Assembly: GCA_052327205.1 (NCBI GenBank)
Contig: CM126223.1
Span: 62,930,001-62,994,000 of the forward strand
Direction of reading: 5' to 3'
Source: Somniosus microcephalus
Lineage: Eukaryota
DNA length: 64,000 bases
Part shown: positions 37,991 to 50,576 of the stretch, piece by piece
Layout: each line of letters opens with the position of its first letter
How positions within the stretch are numbered: position 1 is the stretch's first letter
Position numbers and translations under genes: made by a program
The notes under the pieces: model-generated
The model's database searches: none
Seen by the model: only the letters and a program-made list of their open reading frames with translations
What the model was told of the DNA's origin: nothing

Positions 37991-38895
37991 CTATAACTTG
38001 GTCATAATTATGGACTATGACCAAGGCCACTGCTTCAATTTCCTTTTTTATTTAATTGGATTTTAGGACTTTTTTGGGGGGAAAAAAAAGTCCTATTTTG
38101 GGATCGCATTCCACAATTCAAGTTTCTGTAAAATTGAAAGCCCACGAGTCTCACTTATGACGTACGGAAAATAGTTAAGATGGGAGTGCAAGAACTTCTC
38201 ATGACTTCAGTTGCAACAACCTCAATGTCCCATTAGCTGGTATTCTATAGGGAAAAACTGAAGGACATGACCGTGCCATTTTTGCTGTGGTGAAATTAGA
38301 AATTTTTGATGCCAGAAGTGAGCTCCGATGGTGTAAAATCTATTTCATTGGGGTGGGGGTGGGGGGGATAATCTAGAGCATGCTGCCCCCTCAAGTGTAT
38401 TTGAACTTTTGGCATTCCTCTTACATTTGGAAGTGTACAGTGAGTCAAAATTAAGGAAACATAAACCCAGAGAAAGTTCAGGGACGCCAAGAGATGGGGC
38501 AGACCCAGGTGCAGCTCGTCATCACCAAGGAGCGTGACTGAAACTCGTTTGGTGTCCTAATGTCCTTGGAGTCTAAGCTCTTGTATTATTCAAGTTGATC
38601 TGAGCTCGGTGATAGCAAACCTACCACAATTAGGAGCTCAAAGTGAAACAATCGACAGGTTTTATGGCACGAGTCACATTAACAAAAGAGGCTTCTCACA
38701 CAACTGGCTGCGCGCAACAAATATGTGGGTTCTGTTCTGTGTTCTTTCACAAGGAGTTCAGAGATAGTGGTTAACATTTACAGCATTGAAATGAAGGGAA
38801 TCAAGTGTGAGCAATATACGTTTACCTTGCACCAGAACGAGCTAAAAAAGTGTTCACCAGTCGATGGGAGTCAACAATAACAACTTGCATTTATA

Positions 38896-39526
38896 AGAAC
38901 ATAAGAAATAGGAGCAGGAGTCGGCCATTCGACCCTTCGAGCCTGCTCTGCCATTCTATAAGATCATGGCTGATCTTCTACCTCATCTCCTGCACTATCC
39001 CCATATCCCTTGATTCCCTTAATATCCAAAAATCTATCGATCTCTGTCTTGAATATACTTAACAACTGAGCCTCCACAGCCCTCTGGGGTAGAGAATTCC
39101 AAAGATTCACCACCCCCTGAGTGAAGAAATTCCTCCTCATCTCAGTCCTAAATGGCCGACCCCTTATTCTGAGACTGTGACCCCTGTTTCTAGACTCCCC
39201 AGCCAGGGGAAACATCCTCCCGGCATCTACCCTGTCAAGCCCTGTAAGAATTTTGTATGTTTCAATGAGATCCCCTCTCATTCTTCTAAACTCTAGGTAT
39301 TCTAGGCCTGGTCTACTCAATCTCTCCTCATAGGACAATCCCCCCATTCCAGGAACCAGTCTGGTGAACCTTCGTTGCACTCCCTCTATGGCAAGTATAT
39401 CCTTCCTTGGGTAAGGAGACCAAAGCTGTACACAATACTCCAGGTGTTGTCTCACCAGCGTCCTATATAATTGCGGTAAGACATCTTTACTATTATACTC
39501 AAATCCTCTTGTAATAAAGGCCAAAA
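38896..39526 (-). mobile_element. CR1 3' fragment inserted into an L2 tail
   Basis: ORF 38964-39563 is the CR1 C-terminus; flanked by ATTTATA at 38889-38895 and 39527-39533. Confidence 0.88.
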
Positions 39527-40354
39527 ATTTATATAACGCCTTTAACATAGTCAGACGCCCCACGGTGCTTCACAGGAGTGAGACAAAAAGCTTCAGCGAC
39601 CGGTTTATCCTAACAATAGGATTTGGCACTTTTCACCACAAGGCATGAAATAATCCTCTGCCAGATGGCAATGGGCGGCACTCAGGCAGACTGCAGCAAA
39701 CAGAAGGTATTATGAAATATTTGAATAACTGTTCGATTATCAGTTGGAGAGCAGCCACGTTCCCAACCCACACTCGGTGCCAGCACGACCTTTTGTACCA
39801 TGTAAGCGGTGATTCGTCACATTGCAAAATAAATGAGAGGATAATTGATACCAGCGCAAGGCAGCGACATGTTGAGGAGGTTTAAATGACAAAGGGAAGT
39901 ATAAGAGTGAAGCTCAGGTTGGGAACAGATGTCACTTGAGTTAATAGTTTATAACTGCAACTTTACTAGCATAATTATTTTTGGACAACACTGGGTACAA
40001 ATTTTTAAAAAGTTTGGCCCTGAATTTGCGGTCGACGGCATAGATAAGGAGTACGCCGCTGACATCCGAAGGAGATCCGCACTTACCTTGTGCGAAGCCC
40101 CCTTTGAAAAGTTGCTTTCAAACGCTGCAGAGTTGTGCGCAGCGCAGCGCCCCACGGATCCCAGGACCGCGCCGTTGTGTGTATGCGAACCTGTGATCAC
40201 GTGGGACGGTGCTCCTTTCACTTCCTGACTCTTAGCCAATCAGGAAACAGTGGAGATTGCTGATTTTTTTCCCACAACTCATTTAAAATAATTTAGCAGT
40301 CAGAAATGCTATTTTATTAATAAATTATGATCATTGCAATAGTATTTAATATAC

Positions 40355-40689
40355 CTCAAAGCCGCCTTGGAAAAAGTGCAACATCTCCACTGACACCTGG
40401 GAATCCCTGGCCCAAGACCGCACAAAGTGGAGGAGAAGCATCCGGGAAGGCGCCGAACACCACGAGCCTCTTCGCCGGGAGCAAGCGGAAGCCAAGCGCA
40501 GGCAGCGCAAGGAGTGCACGTCAACCCAAGCACCCCACCCATCCGCCCCTTCAACCACCATCTGCCCCATCTGTGACAGAGACTGTAGGTCCCGCATTGG
40601 ACTCATCAGTCACCTGCGAACTCATTTTTAGTGTGGAAGCAAGTCATCCTCGGTTCCGAGGGACTGCCTAAGAAGGAGAAGAAGAAGAG
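40355..40689 (+). mobile_element. RTE-clade LINE 3' fragment
   Basis: Encodes TWESLAQDRTKWRRSIREG...CPICDRDCRSRIGLISHLRTH; (gaa)n-like tail; TSD atttaatatac / atttaatacac (40344-40354, 40690-40700). Confidence 0.85.
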
Positions 40690-41169
40690 ATTTAATACAC
40701 AGACCAAGATTATTATACATAAACCTATAATTACAGTCTCCTCTATTCGACTAACTAACTTTTGATTAATTTAAATAATCTAAAATCGAGAGTTTAAATG
40801 TCTGATAACATGAGGAAATCATGAAAGTGAATTAAATCCTATCTAAATAGAAGTTGGGAAATAATTAAACCAAAACTACAAAAGGCTTTTGGGCAGGAAA
40901 GAGGGTGGCACAAAAAGATCCTGTTTTCAAACTCGAACAAATTAAAGTTTCTTTCAAAGTTTGTATCCATTCAGACATGAGCCAGTGCCTCACTTTAGCA
41001 TAATTTAATACAATTTTCTCATCCCCCCCCTCCCCTTACGCTGTGCAACATGTTCCTGCACCTGTTCGGCCGCCCATGTCCTGACTCGCACCAAGTCCCG
41101 TTCGCCCATCATCCTGTGCTCGCTGACCTACATTGCCTCCCGGTTAAGCAACGCCTCGATTTCAAAATT

Positions 41170-41973
41170 CCAGTCCCACCCCAAACTATATCCGGCCGAC
41201 AGACGTAATTTTACGTCAATTGGCCTTGTTAAGCCCACCCTGCGGGCTTGCCGGCCAATTAAGAGGAAGCCAGTGTCAGATGACGCCATTTGATGACGCT
41301 TCATCTGCTGGTTTTCTTAAAGGGACCACACACAATTTTTCTTTGGTAGTTGATTTCTCAGTGTTTGACAACATTGAGGTGCTGCAAACACTGACAATCA
41401 CTGTTCACAGGTGAGCTCTTGCACCCAGGCTCTCCAGTGACGCTCTCCAGTGACTCCCTCCTTAGGCTAGAACAGATGGCAGCTGCAGGTGAGGTTACAG
41501 AAGCGATCTGTCACTGGTGAGAGAGGTTCTCCCAATGAGGTGGGACTAGACATCCAATTCAAAACTTGTTACCTACAGAAAAGTCTAAATGCATTAAAAA
41601 TGAATTTCCCAACATTTTCTTACCTCTGAAACTCACCAGTGTGCCATTGGATCCTTCACACCACTTCTGCAGCTGTCATCAATGCATAAACATTACAGCA
41701 GACTCACAACACGCCACACTTACCTGGCGTGGTGTCAGGAAGCCCGCAGTAGAAGTGTCAAAATTGGAAAGAGCCTGTTAACTGCTCGATAACAACCTGG
41801 GCCTCTTCCCGCCGCTATGTGTCAGGTTCATGCGCAAATCGGAACCTGGCTGTTGGGAAGATTGATTGGAGGCGGGTTGACAGCGGGTTTCCGACCCGCT
41901 GTCAATCTTTGCGATTTTTGTCGGATGTCCCACTTCCAAGCCCACCCGCTGAACGCCGACAAAATTCTGGCCT
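41170..41973. mobile_element. Diverged Harbinger-like MITE related to 18415/45032
   Basis: Shares aattgRccttgttRagcccRccc...ggccaattaa and ends in aaaattctggcc. Confidence 0.5.
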
Positions 41974-42789
41974 AGGTTTCCCTTCTGAAGGTGAAGGCTT
42001 GCGCTGAGGTGTCGTTCCATAGGTGGCAGTGGCCTCCCAATATTGCACCCAAGTATCCATTTTTTATGTGAGAGCCTGAACGACGCCTGCTGGTAAGTAG
42101 CTCGACAATAGGGGGCCACTCCTACTTCCCCCTCACCTCATGTTTACCGGCACATCCTTCCGGTAGAGCTCGCTGCCTAGAGATGAGGAGCAGAGGCATT
42201 TTTCTCCACCTCAACCTGAGACACTGAGGCCAATTACACTGGCATCCAAGCTGAGATCAACTAATTCAGTGACTGAATATGGGACGCTGCTCAGCTCTGT
42301 ACTATTGTACTTTTACCCACCCCTGCCCTAGTGAACCTTTGTGGAGCTTAAACACCAGAAATTATGGACCTGCTAAATCTCAATTTTAAATATCTGCCGT
42401 CAGCAATTAAGCATTCAACTGTTTTTTGTTTAGATAGATCGGCTAAGTTCAGGGGGCAGCAGAAGGTAGTTTAGCTGAGATTGCTGAAAACAATGTTTAT
42501 GTTAGGTGTGAGTGAGTTTTGTCGAGCTTTTCCTATGCAGTGTCCTCTTTACACAACTTTCATCCTAGTTTGGTGTTTCTTTTTTAATGTGGTGCCCAGT
42601 GTTATGCCATAAGAGACTAGAATGCTTGGGGGACGGGTTGCTAATGTCTGTATTTTGAAAAGTAGCAGTGTTATTTAGAGAGATATTGTGGTCTTTGCGG
42701 GGGGGGGGGGGGGGGGTGCGCAGGGGGTGAAGGAATGTTTACAGACAAGATGCTGATGCAAATTGCATCGCTTGTGTATGACATCTCAC

Positions 42790-43165
42790 GCACTGGCTAT
42801 TCTCTGATGGTTCAGCGAGATTACTCTGAGTAGCTGATGCCATTCAGGCCAAAAGGATTCCAGGGTTGATGCACGATCTGTGCTGAGTTAGTTGACCTCA
42901 GCCGAGGCAGGGGTAGGGGTGCTACAATTGCCCTCAACATCCCTGGGTTAGGGAAGAGGAGAAGCACCAGGGCTTCACCTCTTGATTGTTGTTCAGTGAC
43001 CCCCCTACTGGGCACGTGTGTGCACATCATGGAGGACAGGATTGGCCTTGGTTGTGATTTTTTTTAAAATCCCACCCACCCCCAATATCAAACCGCCTAC
43101 CGACACTCACTGCCAAGCCTCACCCATGAAGCGTGGCCACTTGGACGAAGCATCAGAGAATGGGC
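42790..43165 (+). repeat. Unclassified old interspersed (SINE-like) repeat
   Basis: tctgtgctgagttagttgacctcagcc...gctacaattg; related pieces near 27200-27445, 34240-34410, 42150-42350 and 54970-55160. Confidence 0.55.
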
Positions 43166-43825
43166 CGACTAGGCCTGTATTCACAAGAGTTTAGAAGAAT
43201 GAGAGGGGATCTCATTGAAATGTATTGACGTAAGAAAACTACTAGGCACTTGGTTTAAGTGTTAAACAAAACTGTTTTACAACATGGAGGTCTAGTTGTG
43301 TCCTTCACTAGTTCCTGTTAAGAATGTCCTGCGCAATCTGGGCCCGTGCCTGAGTATTTATACTCTCCCTGGACAGCGCCACCCGCAGGCCGCTCAGTAT
43401 TATTTCATAAGTCTTTCTTTCATGAATGACTGATTCATGTCACGTATACATTTCTGACAGGGCTAGACAGACTGGATGCAGGGAGGATGTTTCCCCTGGC
43501 TGGGGGGTCTAGAACGAGGGGTCACAGTCTCAGGATATGGGGTAGGGCATTTAGGACTGAGATGAGGAGAAATTTCTTCACTCAGAGGGTGGTGAACCTG
43601 TGGAATTCTCTACCACAGAAAGCTGTGGAGGCCAAGTCACTGAATATATTTAAGAAGGAGATAGATAGATTTCTAGACACAAAAGGCATCAAGGGGTATG
43701 GGGAGAGAGCGGGAATATGGTATTGAGATAGAGGATCAGCCATGATCACATTGAATGGCGGAGCAGGCTCGAAGGGTCGAATGGCCTGCTCCTGCTCCTA
43801 TTTTTTTATGTTCTATGTTTCTATA
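43165..43825 (+). mobile_element. CR1 3' fragment with nested solo LTR
   Basis: RLGLYSQEFRRMRGDLIE precedes the insertion; LTGLDRLDAGRMFPL... resumes after it, followed by the CR1 tail. Confidence 0.88.
43226..43442. mobile_element. Solo LTR (217 bp)
   Basis: TGAC...GTCA termini; 5-bp TSD tgtat/cgtat; cleanly interrupts the CR1 coding sequence. Confidence 0.75.
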
Positions 43826-44313
43826 ACTAGTGCCCGTGGAACTGTACCCAGCAAGGTGTCAACAATTTCTGAAGGAGAGAGGAGCAAGCTGATGGGGCTG
43901 GGGGCGGAATACTAAAATTAATGGATGCTTCTATAATGGTGCTATCTCCAATTCCCAAAGATTTTCCTGGACAATTCCTTTTTAATAGTGGAATCAGGTG
44001 AAGGAATCTGAAGTGTGTTGTTAAATCGGTGATTTACTTGAAGTTTGGTACTTCCATCAGGTAAGGCCAGGATCAGGTTCTACGAGCGCGCTAGTTTGTA
44101 ACAAAGTGACCGATTCACTGCTGTTTGATCATTCCCAGTAGCTTAATACGGTTCTATGGTCAACACAAATGACATTGTTTTCAGTACTCATAAATCGGGT
44201 CTTAATGTCTACTGCAGCAGTTATAGAATTTTTTTTCCATTTGTCAAACAAGCACTTTTAAGCCTTCAGGTACATTACAGCTTCTTGTGGTAAAAGCATT
44301 TTTACGGCTTGAT

Positions 44314-44705
44314 TCAACAACAACAACTTGTATTTATATAGCACCTTTAATGTAGTAAAATGTCCCAAAGTGCTGCACAGGAGTATTATAAGACAAAAAA
44401 TTTGACACCGAGCCACATAAGGAGAAATTAGGGCAGGTGACCAAATGCTTGGTCAAAGAGGTAGGTTTTAAGGGACATCTTAAAGGAGGAAAGAGAGGTA
44501 GAGAGGCAGAGGGGTTTAGGGAGGGAATTCCAGGGCTTAGCGCCGAGGCAACAGAAGGCACGGCCACCAATTGTTGAGCGATTATACTCAGGATTGCTCA
44601 AGGGAGGCAGAATTAGAGGAACGCAGATATCTCAGGGGTGGGGTGGGGGGGCTGAAGGAGATTACAGAGATAGGGAGGAGCGAGGCCATGGAGGGATTTG
44701 CAAAG
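44314..44705 (-). mobile_element. L2 LINE 3' fragment
   Basis: Reverse complement of the 34710-35170 family. Confidence 0.85.
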
Positions 44706-45031
44706 ACGGATGAGATGCACATCGATGTTTTGAGTGAAGCTGGGGGAAAAGATTGGGAGAGATGGTTGCACACTGTCCTTTTACATTTTAAGCCTGCTCA
44801 GCATCTTTTAAGAGGTGTATGCATTCCAGTTGTGTAACCTCTGTCAGAAAATACAAATCTACAAATGAAAGGTACCAGCAGTTTTGAGTCAGGGGGCTCC
44901 AGACTATTATTGAATTTAAGAATGCAATTTTATCTTCAAAAAAATTGCAGTGCCTCCAGCAGTGCTGCCTGTTTCTTAAGAAAGGGAATGAATGCACTTC
45001 TGTGCAAAATGGCAGTACACTCGGAGATGTT

Positions 45032-45815
45032 GGGCTGGATTTTCATTGAGGAGTTGGGTAGGAGGCGGGACTACAACTTTCAGGGTTGTAGTCCCGCCTC
45101 CATCGAGTTGTAGCCAACCCACGCGATTTAGACTTGATTGACCTTGTTGAGCCCGCCCAGTGGGCTCAGCAGGCCAATTAAGGGCCACCCGGCAACAGGT
45201 GACGTCACAGATTGACATTTCATGTCAAGACCTTTTGACAGATGAAATATCAGCGTTCGACAGCTGTTTGAAGCTGTCAAACACTGACAGTCTGTATTCT
45301 AAGTTAATTCCTTCCTCTCAGGATGATTTAGAGATCTCCCCGGAACAGAAAGCTGAATGCTGCAATTTTTGACAGCTCGCAGCCATTCTGCTTTCTGTGC
45401 CTGTGAGATGAGGGACTCCCGAGACCTGAAGGAAGGAAGGCTGTAAAGGTATGTAAAACTTATTTAAACACTTTACGCACACCAAACACACTTACCTTTG
45501 CACTCATGCACCCATCACTCACCTGAACACCGGACATACGACCCCTCCAAGCCCTTCATCCCGACAGTCCACCTCCTCTAACTTGGCGTGGTTTGGACCC
45601 GTCGGGAATCCCACACTTCAACATTAAAAATAGGGATTAGGCTAAAAACTGCCTGTTAACTACCTGTTAACAAGCAGTTAATTGGCACTAATCCCCTTCC
45701 CGCCTTGGGAATGGAGGCGGGTTGGGTGCGGGATAGGGTCGGGACCCCCGATATCGGGATTTTAACCCCCGACACGCCTCCAATCCGCCTCCACGGCCCA
45801 ATGAAAATCCTGCCC
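45032..45815. mobile_element. Harbinger-like MITE
   Basis: TIRs gggctggattttcattg / caatgaaaatcctgccc; flanks gtt/att; second copy at 18415-19258. Confidence 0.8.
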
Positions 45816-45854
45816 ATTCTGTGTCCCTGCATCCATTCTCACTCATTTTGGTTA

Positions 45855-46378
45855 GACCATGCTTAGTGCACCGTGCAAAAAGGATATAGAAGCACTGGAG
45901 AAAGTGCAAAAAAGATTTACAAGGATGATACCAGAACTGAGAGTTTACAACTATCAGGAAAGACTGAGCAGGCTGGGGGCTCTTTTCTCTAGAAAAGAGA
46001 AGACTGAGTGGTGACCTGATCGAGGTCTTTTAAAATTATGAAGGGGTTTGATAGGGTAGATGTGGAGATGTTTCCACTTGTGGGGCGAATCCAAAACTAG
46101 TAACTATAAATATCAGACACCCACTAAGTAATCCAATAAGGAATTCAGGAGAAACTTTGAGTGGTGAGAATGTGGAACTTGCTGCCACATGGAATGGTTG
46201 AGGTGAATAGCATAGTTACATTTAAGGGGAAGCTAGCTAAGTACATGAGGGAGAAAGGAATAGAAGGATATGGTGATAGGGCGAGATGATTAAGTTGGGA
46301 AGAGGCTCGTGTGGAGCATGAACACAAGCATAGACCTGATGGGCCAAATGGCCTGTTTCTGTGCTGTAAATACTATGA
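45855..46378 (+). mobile_element. Old CR1 3' fragment
   Basis: LEKVQKRFTRMIPEL...LEKRRL.GDLIEVF and tail gatgggccaaatggcctgtttctgtgctgtaa. Confidence 0.75.
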
Positions 46379-48621
46379 AGTGCATTGGCTGCTGTTATAT
46401 AGGCACTTGCAGTAGCCATTTTGCACACAGGAAGATCCTACAAACAGCAAGATGAATGACTGATTAATCTAATCAATCTTTGGTTGTGCTGGTTGAGAGT
46501 GGAATGTTGACCCGTACATCTGAGGTAACTCCCTACTTTTCAAATAGTGCCATGGGATCTTTAACATCCACCTGAACCAGCAGACAAGACCTTGATTCGA
46601 TAGGAATGAAGATGCTATGATCCCACACTTCCAGTGTGGAAGTTACACTCGCGAGGAGCACAGGTCTGAGATGGGACTACAAGATAGAGCCCTGATTCTT
46701 TGAACCACAATAACTGTTAGCACATCTATCTGCCAGAAGTGGGTATCATGCCTAATCCAAAGAACAGTACTTATGGCAATGCAGGAGACTCTCAGTACTG
46801 TTTTGAAGTAGTGTTTGAGCCCACAACCTTCTGAATCTGAGGTGAGAGTGCAGAATGGAATTCAAATGATATTAATGCATCAGGCTCCATGTTCAAATGT
46901 AGTCAAGCAATTTCACAACATAGAAACATAGAAGATAGGAGCAGGAGTAGGCCATTCGGCCCTTCGAGCCTGCTCCGCCATTCAATGAGATCATGGCTGA
47001 TCATTCAAATTCAGTACCCTGTCCCTGCCTTCTCCCCATATCCCTTGATCCCTTTAGCCTTAAGAAATATATCCAACTCTTTCTTGAATATATTTAATGA
47101 ACTGGCCTCCACCGCCCTCTGTGGCAGAGAATTCCACAGGTTCACCACTCTTTGGGTGAAGAAATTCCTCCTCATTTCAGTCCTAAATGTCCTACCCCTT
47201 ATCCTTAGACTATGACCCCTGGTTCTGGACTCCCCGACCATCAGGAACATCCTTCCAGCATCTAGTCTGTCCAGGCCTGACAGAATTTTATAGGTTTCGA
47301 TGAGATCCCCTCTCAATCTTCTAAACTCCAGTGAGTATAAGCCCAATCGACGCAATCTCTCCTCATACGTAATTCCTGCCATCCCAGGTATCAACCTGGT
47401 GAATCTTCGCTGCACTCCTTCCATGGCAAGAACGTCCTTCCTCAGATAAGGCGACCAAAACTGCACACAATACTCAAGGTGCGGTCTCACCAAGGCCCTG
47501 TACAACTGTAACAAGACATCCTTATTCCTGTGTTGTGTATGTAACCGTTTACCTTTAAGGGAACTATAGAATGTAACCGTTCGCCTTTAAGAGCACTACT
47601 TTAGGGTGGCACTATCTATTGGCTCATGTATACTGTAATACCGATAGTGACCACACCAGTATATAAGGGTTGTGATACGTTAACTAGGGCAGAAATCGCC
47701 CAGACCTCTGAATAGTAAAGACCTGTTTTGTTTGTACTTCTAAAGTCTCTGAAGTTATTTACTGCACAACCTACAGACTTTACAGTGGCGACGAGTCCGA
47801 TCGTACCCTGCGGCAAGACTAACCAGTAGCAGAGAGCTTCAAAAAGAAAACAGGAGGCTCCGTCTACTAAAAGTATAGTACTTACTGGAAGCTGGAAGAT
47901 TAACAGCAAAGCTGCGGCAGCAACAGGCACAAATTACCCTGCTACCACATCTTGAGCGAGCCAATCAGCCTAAAACAAGGCGGCCGAAGAGACTGTGAGT
48001 AGTTAAAACAAATAAATTTTTAAAAAAACGGGGTAGAAGTATTTGGAGGAGAAGGGCAAAGCATTCGGGTCCAACGGCGTCGGGTGACAGCCGGACCGCG
48101 GGCAATGTGAGAAGCCGTGCAGCAACCGCTGCCACGAAGCGCTGAGCCTGCGAGTAGGCGCGGGAGTGTCAGAGCCGAGAGCTGCGCGAGCGGGGGAGCC
48201 AGAGCCGAGCGGGAGGCGTTGCAAGCCAGCGATCGCATCTCCAGATAAGGGCCGAGAGCCGCGAGAGCGATCGGATCTACAGATAAGGGCCGGCAGCCGC
48301 TTCGCGATCCAGCGATCGCATTATAGATAAGGGCCGCACTCGGGCTGACAGACGGCGTCGGGGGACCGGGTGAAGACCGCCAAGCGCGGGAAAACCGCCA
48401 TTGAAGTGGGCGGGGAGAGCGAGAAGCGCGGGAAAGCCGCCATTTTTCGGGGAAAACCGCTGAAGAAGAAGGAAGAAGCGGGAAACCGCCATCTTGGAAA
48501 TTATTAAGAATTTCAGGAAAGTAATAAGATTTTTCAGAAAGGCTGGTGTGTTCTCAAGAAGAGAGAAGAAAATTAATAATAAGTAAAGTAATACTTGTAC
48601 TGTTCTCAAAAAGAGAAGAAG

Positions 48622-50559
48622 ATGCCTAAGCGAGGAAATATTAATGACTTTAATGCAGAAATAGAAGACTGGGCCACGTATGTGGAACGCATAGAAATAT
48701 ATTGCGTAGCCAACGAAATTGAGGATGACAACAAGGCAATAACTTTGTTAAATTCGATGGGAGCAAAAACATACGGGCTTTTGAAACATCTAATAGCACC
48801 AGTTAAACCAGTGGACCAGACCTTCGAAGAGATCGTAACAGTGTTGAAGGATCACTTGAACCCCACACCGTTGATGCTGGCTGAACGATTTAAATTTTAC
48901 ACCAGAACCCAGAGGCAAGATGAAAGCAATGCGGAATACTTAGTCGAACTGCGTAAGCTAGCGAAATACTGCCAGTTTGGAAGGAATTTGACAGAGGCGC
49001 TGCGGGACAAGTTCGTATGCGGCTTGGCCAAAGAAGGAACGCAGAAGCGACTTCTGGAAGAAAACGACCTCACACTGGACAGGGCTGTCCTCATAGCTTC
49101 ATCGCACGAAGCCGCAGCGAAAGGGACGGCGGAAATGCAGCTAAAGGCGGCGGCACTCGGGGTGGACCAAATGACTGCAAGCATTTCCAAATGCTACCGT
49201 TGTGGAAAGACAACGCACGACCAGAATCAGTGCTGGTTTAAGAATCAAGAGTGCAGGAAATGTGGCAAACTGGGTCACATCGCGAAGGTATGCAGGTCCA
49301 GAAAGAAGACCAACAAACAAAGGAAGCCACCACCACAAGAAAAGTACAACAAGGTGCATCAGGTGGCTGAAAAGAGTTCAGACGAACAAAATTCAGACTC
49401 AGACCCAAACAGCCAGGAGTTGGATAGTCTGAGAATCCACAATGTGGGTAAAGTAACTGATCTACAGACGATCTGGGTCACACTAAAAATAGCTGGAGTC
49501 CAAGTACGAATGGAGCTGGACACGGGATCAGCTGTATCAGTCATCAACCAAAAGGACTACCACCGACTATTCTCTCACATACCCTTAAGAAATACCAAGT
49601 TCGTATTACAGACATACACGGGGCATCGCGTATACCCCATGGGGAAAATAAGAGTCAAGGTGAGAGATAGGGGTAAAGTACACCCAAGAATGAATTTGTA
49701 CGTACTACCTGAGGGAGGACCACCACTTCTAGGACGGGAGTGGATCAAGAAAATAGACATGGAATGGCACTACCGACAAGCAATGACGAGTGAGGACTCG
49801 GTGCAGACAAGCAGCTCAGACTCTGAGCCGGAAGACGATAAGTCCAGCTTATGTATGAAAAACAAGGTTAACATTAACTCACAGACTAAGGTTGGAAAAT
49901 CGATGGCGTGCATAAAGACAGAGAATTCTGAGTCTGTTCAAGCTACAGACATATGCATTACGGAGGAACACCGGGCTCGAACTCAACGCTATTTCAAAGT
50001 ACAACAACAATTAGAACAATTAAGTTACCGCCTCGTACAAGAGATGAAAACAATGAAAAAGTTCTATGACACCGAATGGGAGAGCCTGGAAAGACAACAG
50101 AACCTACTGGCTCAAGCAGAGAGCGACCATAGAGCCATCGTGACCAATTACCGATCACATCTCCCTGATGATGTTCAGGGGTTAGAATATTTGCATGATC
50201 TAGAGATACAGCAGAAGGGCAAATCACGCTGCACTGAGGATTTTGTTCTGCAATTAGAGACGGAGCTAGTGCAGGCAAAGTTAAGAGAAGTTGAATCACA
50301 GGGTGCTCTTAAGGAGATGCAGAAACAAATCTTGGACATGGAAAAGAGAAACGCTTCTTTACCTGATGAGAATAATGTGGCCATGTTGCAAGAGGAGCTT
50401 ATAGGGGCGAAACTGAAAGAAGCTAAGCAAAGGATGTTGGAACTTGAAACGCAGAACCAAATCAGCGGTAATCGGCTATGTCAAGCAGAGAAGGAGTGCA
50501 AGGGTCTACATGAGAAGGTGCAATATCTCTCAGCCCAAAATAAGGGACTACTCAGTTAA
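48622..50559 (+). CDS. Element C gag-protease fused in frame to STK10-/ANKRD24-/EVI5-like coiled coil
   Basis: One ORF runs MPKRG...CCHC x2...LDTGS...LLGREWI...EEHRART...EDFVLQLETELVQ...SAQNKGLL. It ends at a 4-bp deletion (actcactc to actc) relative to element A. Confidence 0.88.
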   Translation: MPKRGNINDFNAEIEDWATYVERIEIYCVANEIEDDNKAITLLNSMGAKTYGLLKHLIAPVKPVDQTFEEIVTVLKDHLNPTPLMLAERFKFYTRTQRQDESNAEYLVELRKLAKYCQFGRNLTEALRDKFVCGLAKEGTQKRLLEENDLTLDRAVLIASSHEAAAKGTAEMQLKAAALGVDQMTASISKCYRCGKTTHDQNQCWFKNQECRKCGKLGHIAKVCRSRKKTNKQRKPPPQEKYNKVHQVAEKSSDEQNSDSDPNSQELDSLRIHNVGKVTDLQTIWVTLKIAGVQVRMELDTGSAVSVINQKDYHRLFSHIPLRNTKFVLQTYTGHRVYPMGKIRVKVRDRGKVHPRMNLYVLPEGGPPLLGREWIKKIDMEWHYRQAMTSEDSVQTSSSDSEPEDDKSSLCMKNKVNINSQTKVGKSMACIKTENSESVQATDICITEEHRARTQRYFKVQQQLEQLSYRLVQEMKTMKKFYDTEWESLERQQNLLAQAESDHRAIVTNYRSHLPDDVQGLEYLHDLEIQQKGKSRCTEDFVLQLETELVQAKLREVESQGALKEMQKQILDMEKRNASLPDENNVAMLQEELIGAKLKEAKQRMLELETQNQISGNRLCQAEKECKGLHEKVQYLSAQNKGLLS

Positions 50560-50576
50560 ATGAAAGTAAACGGGAA

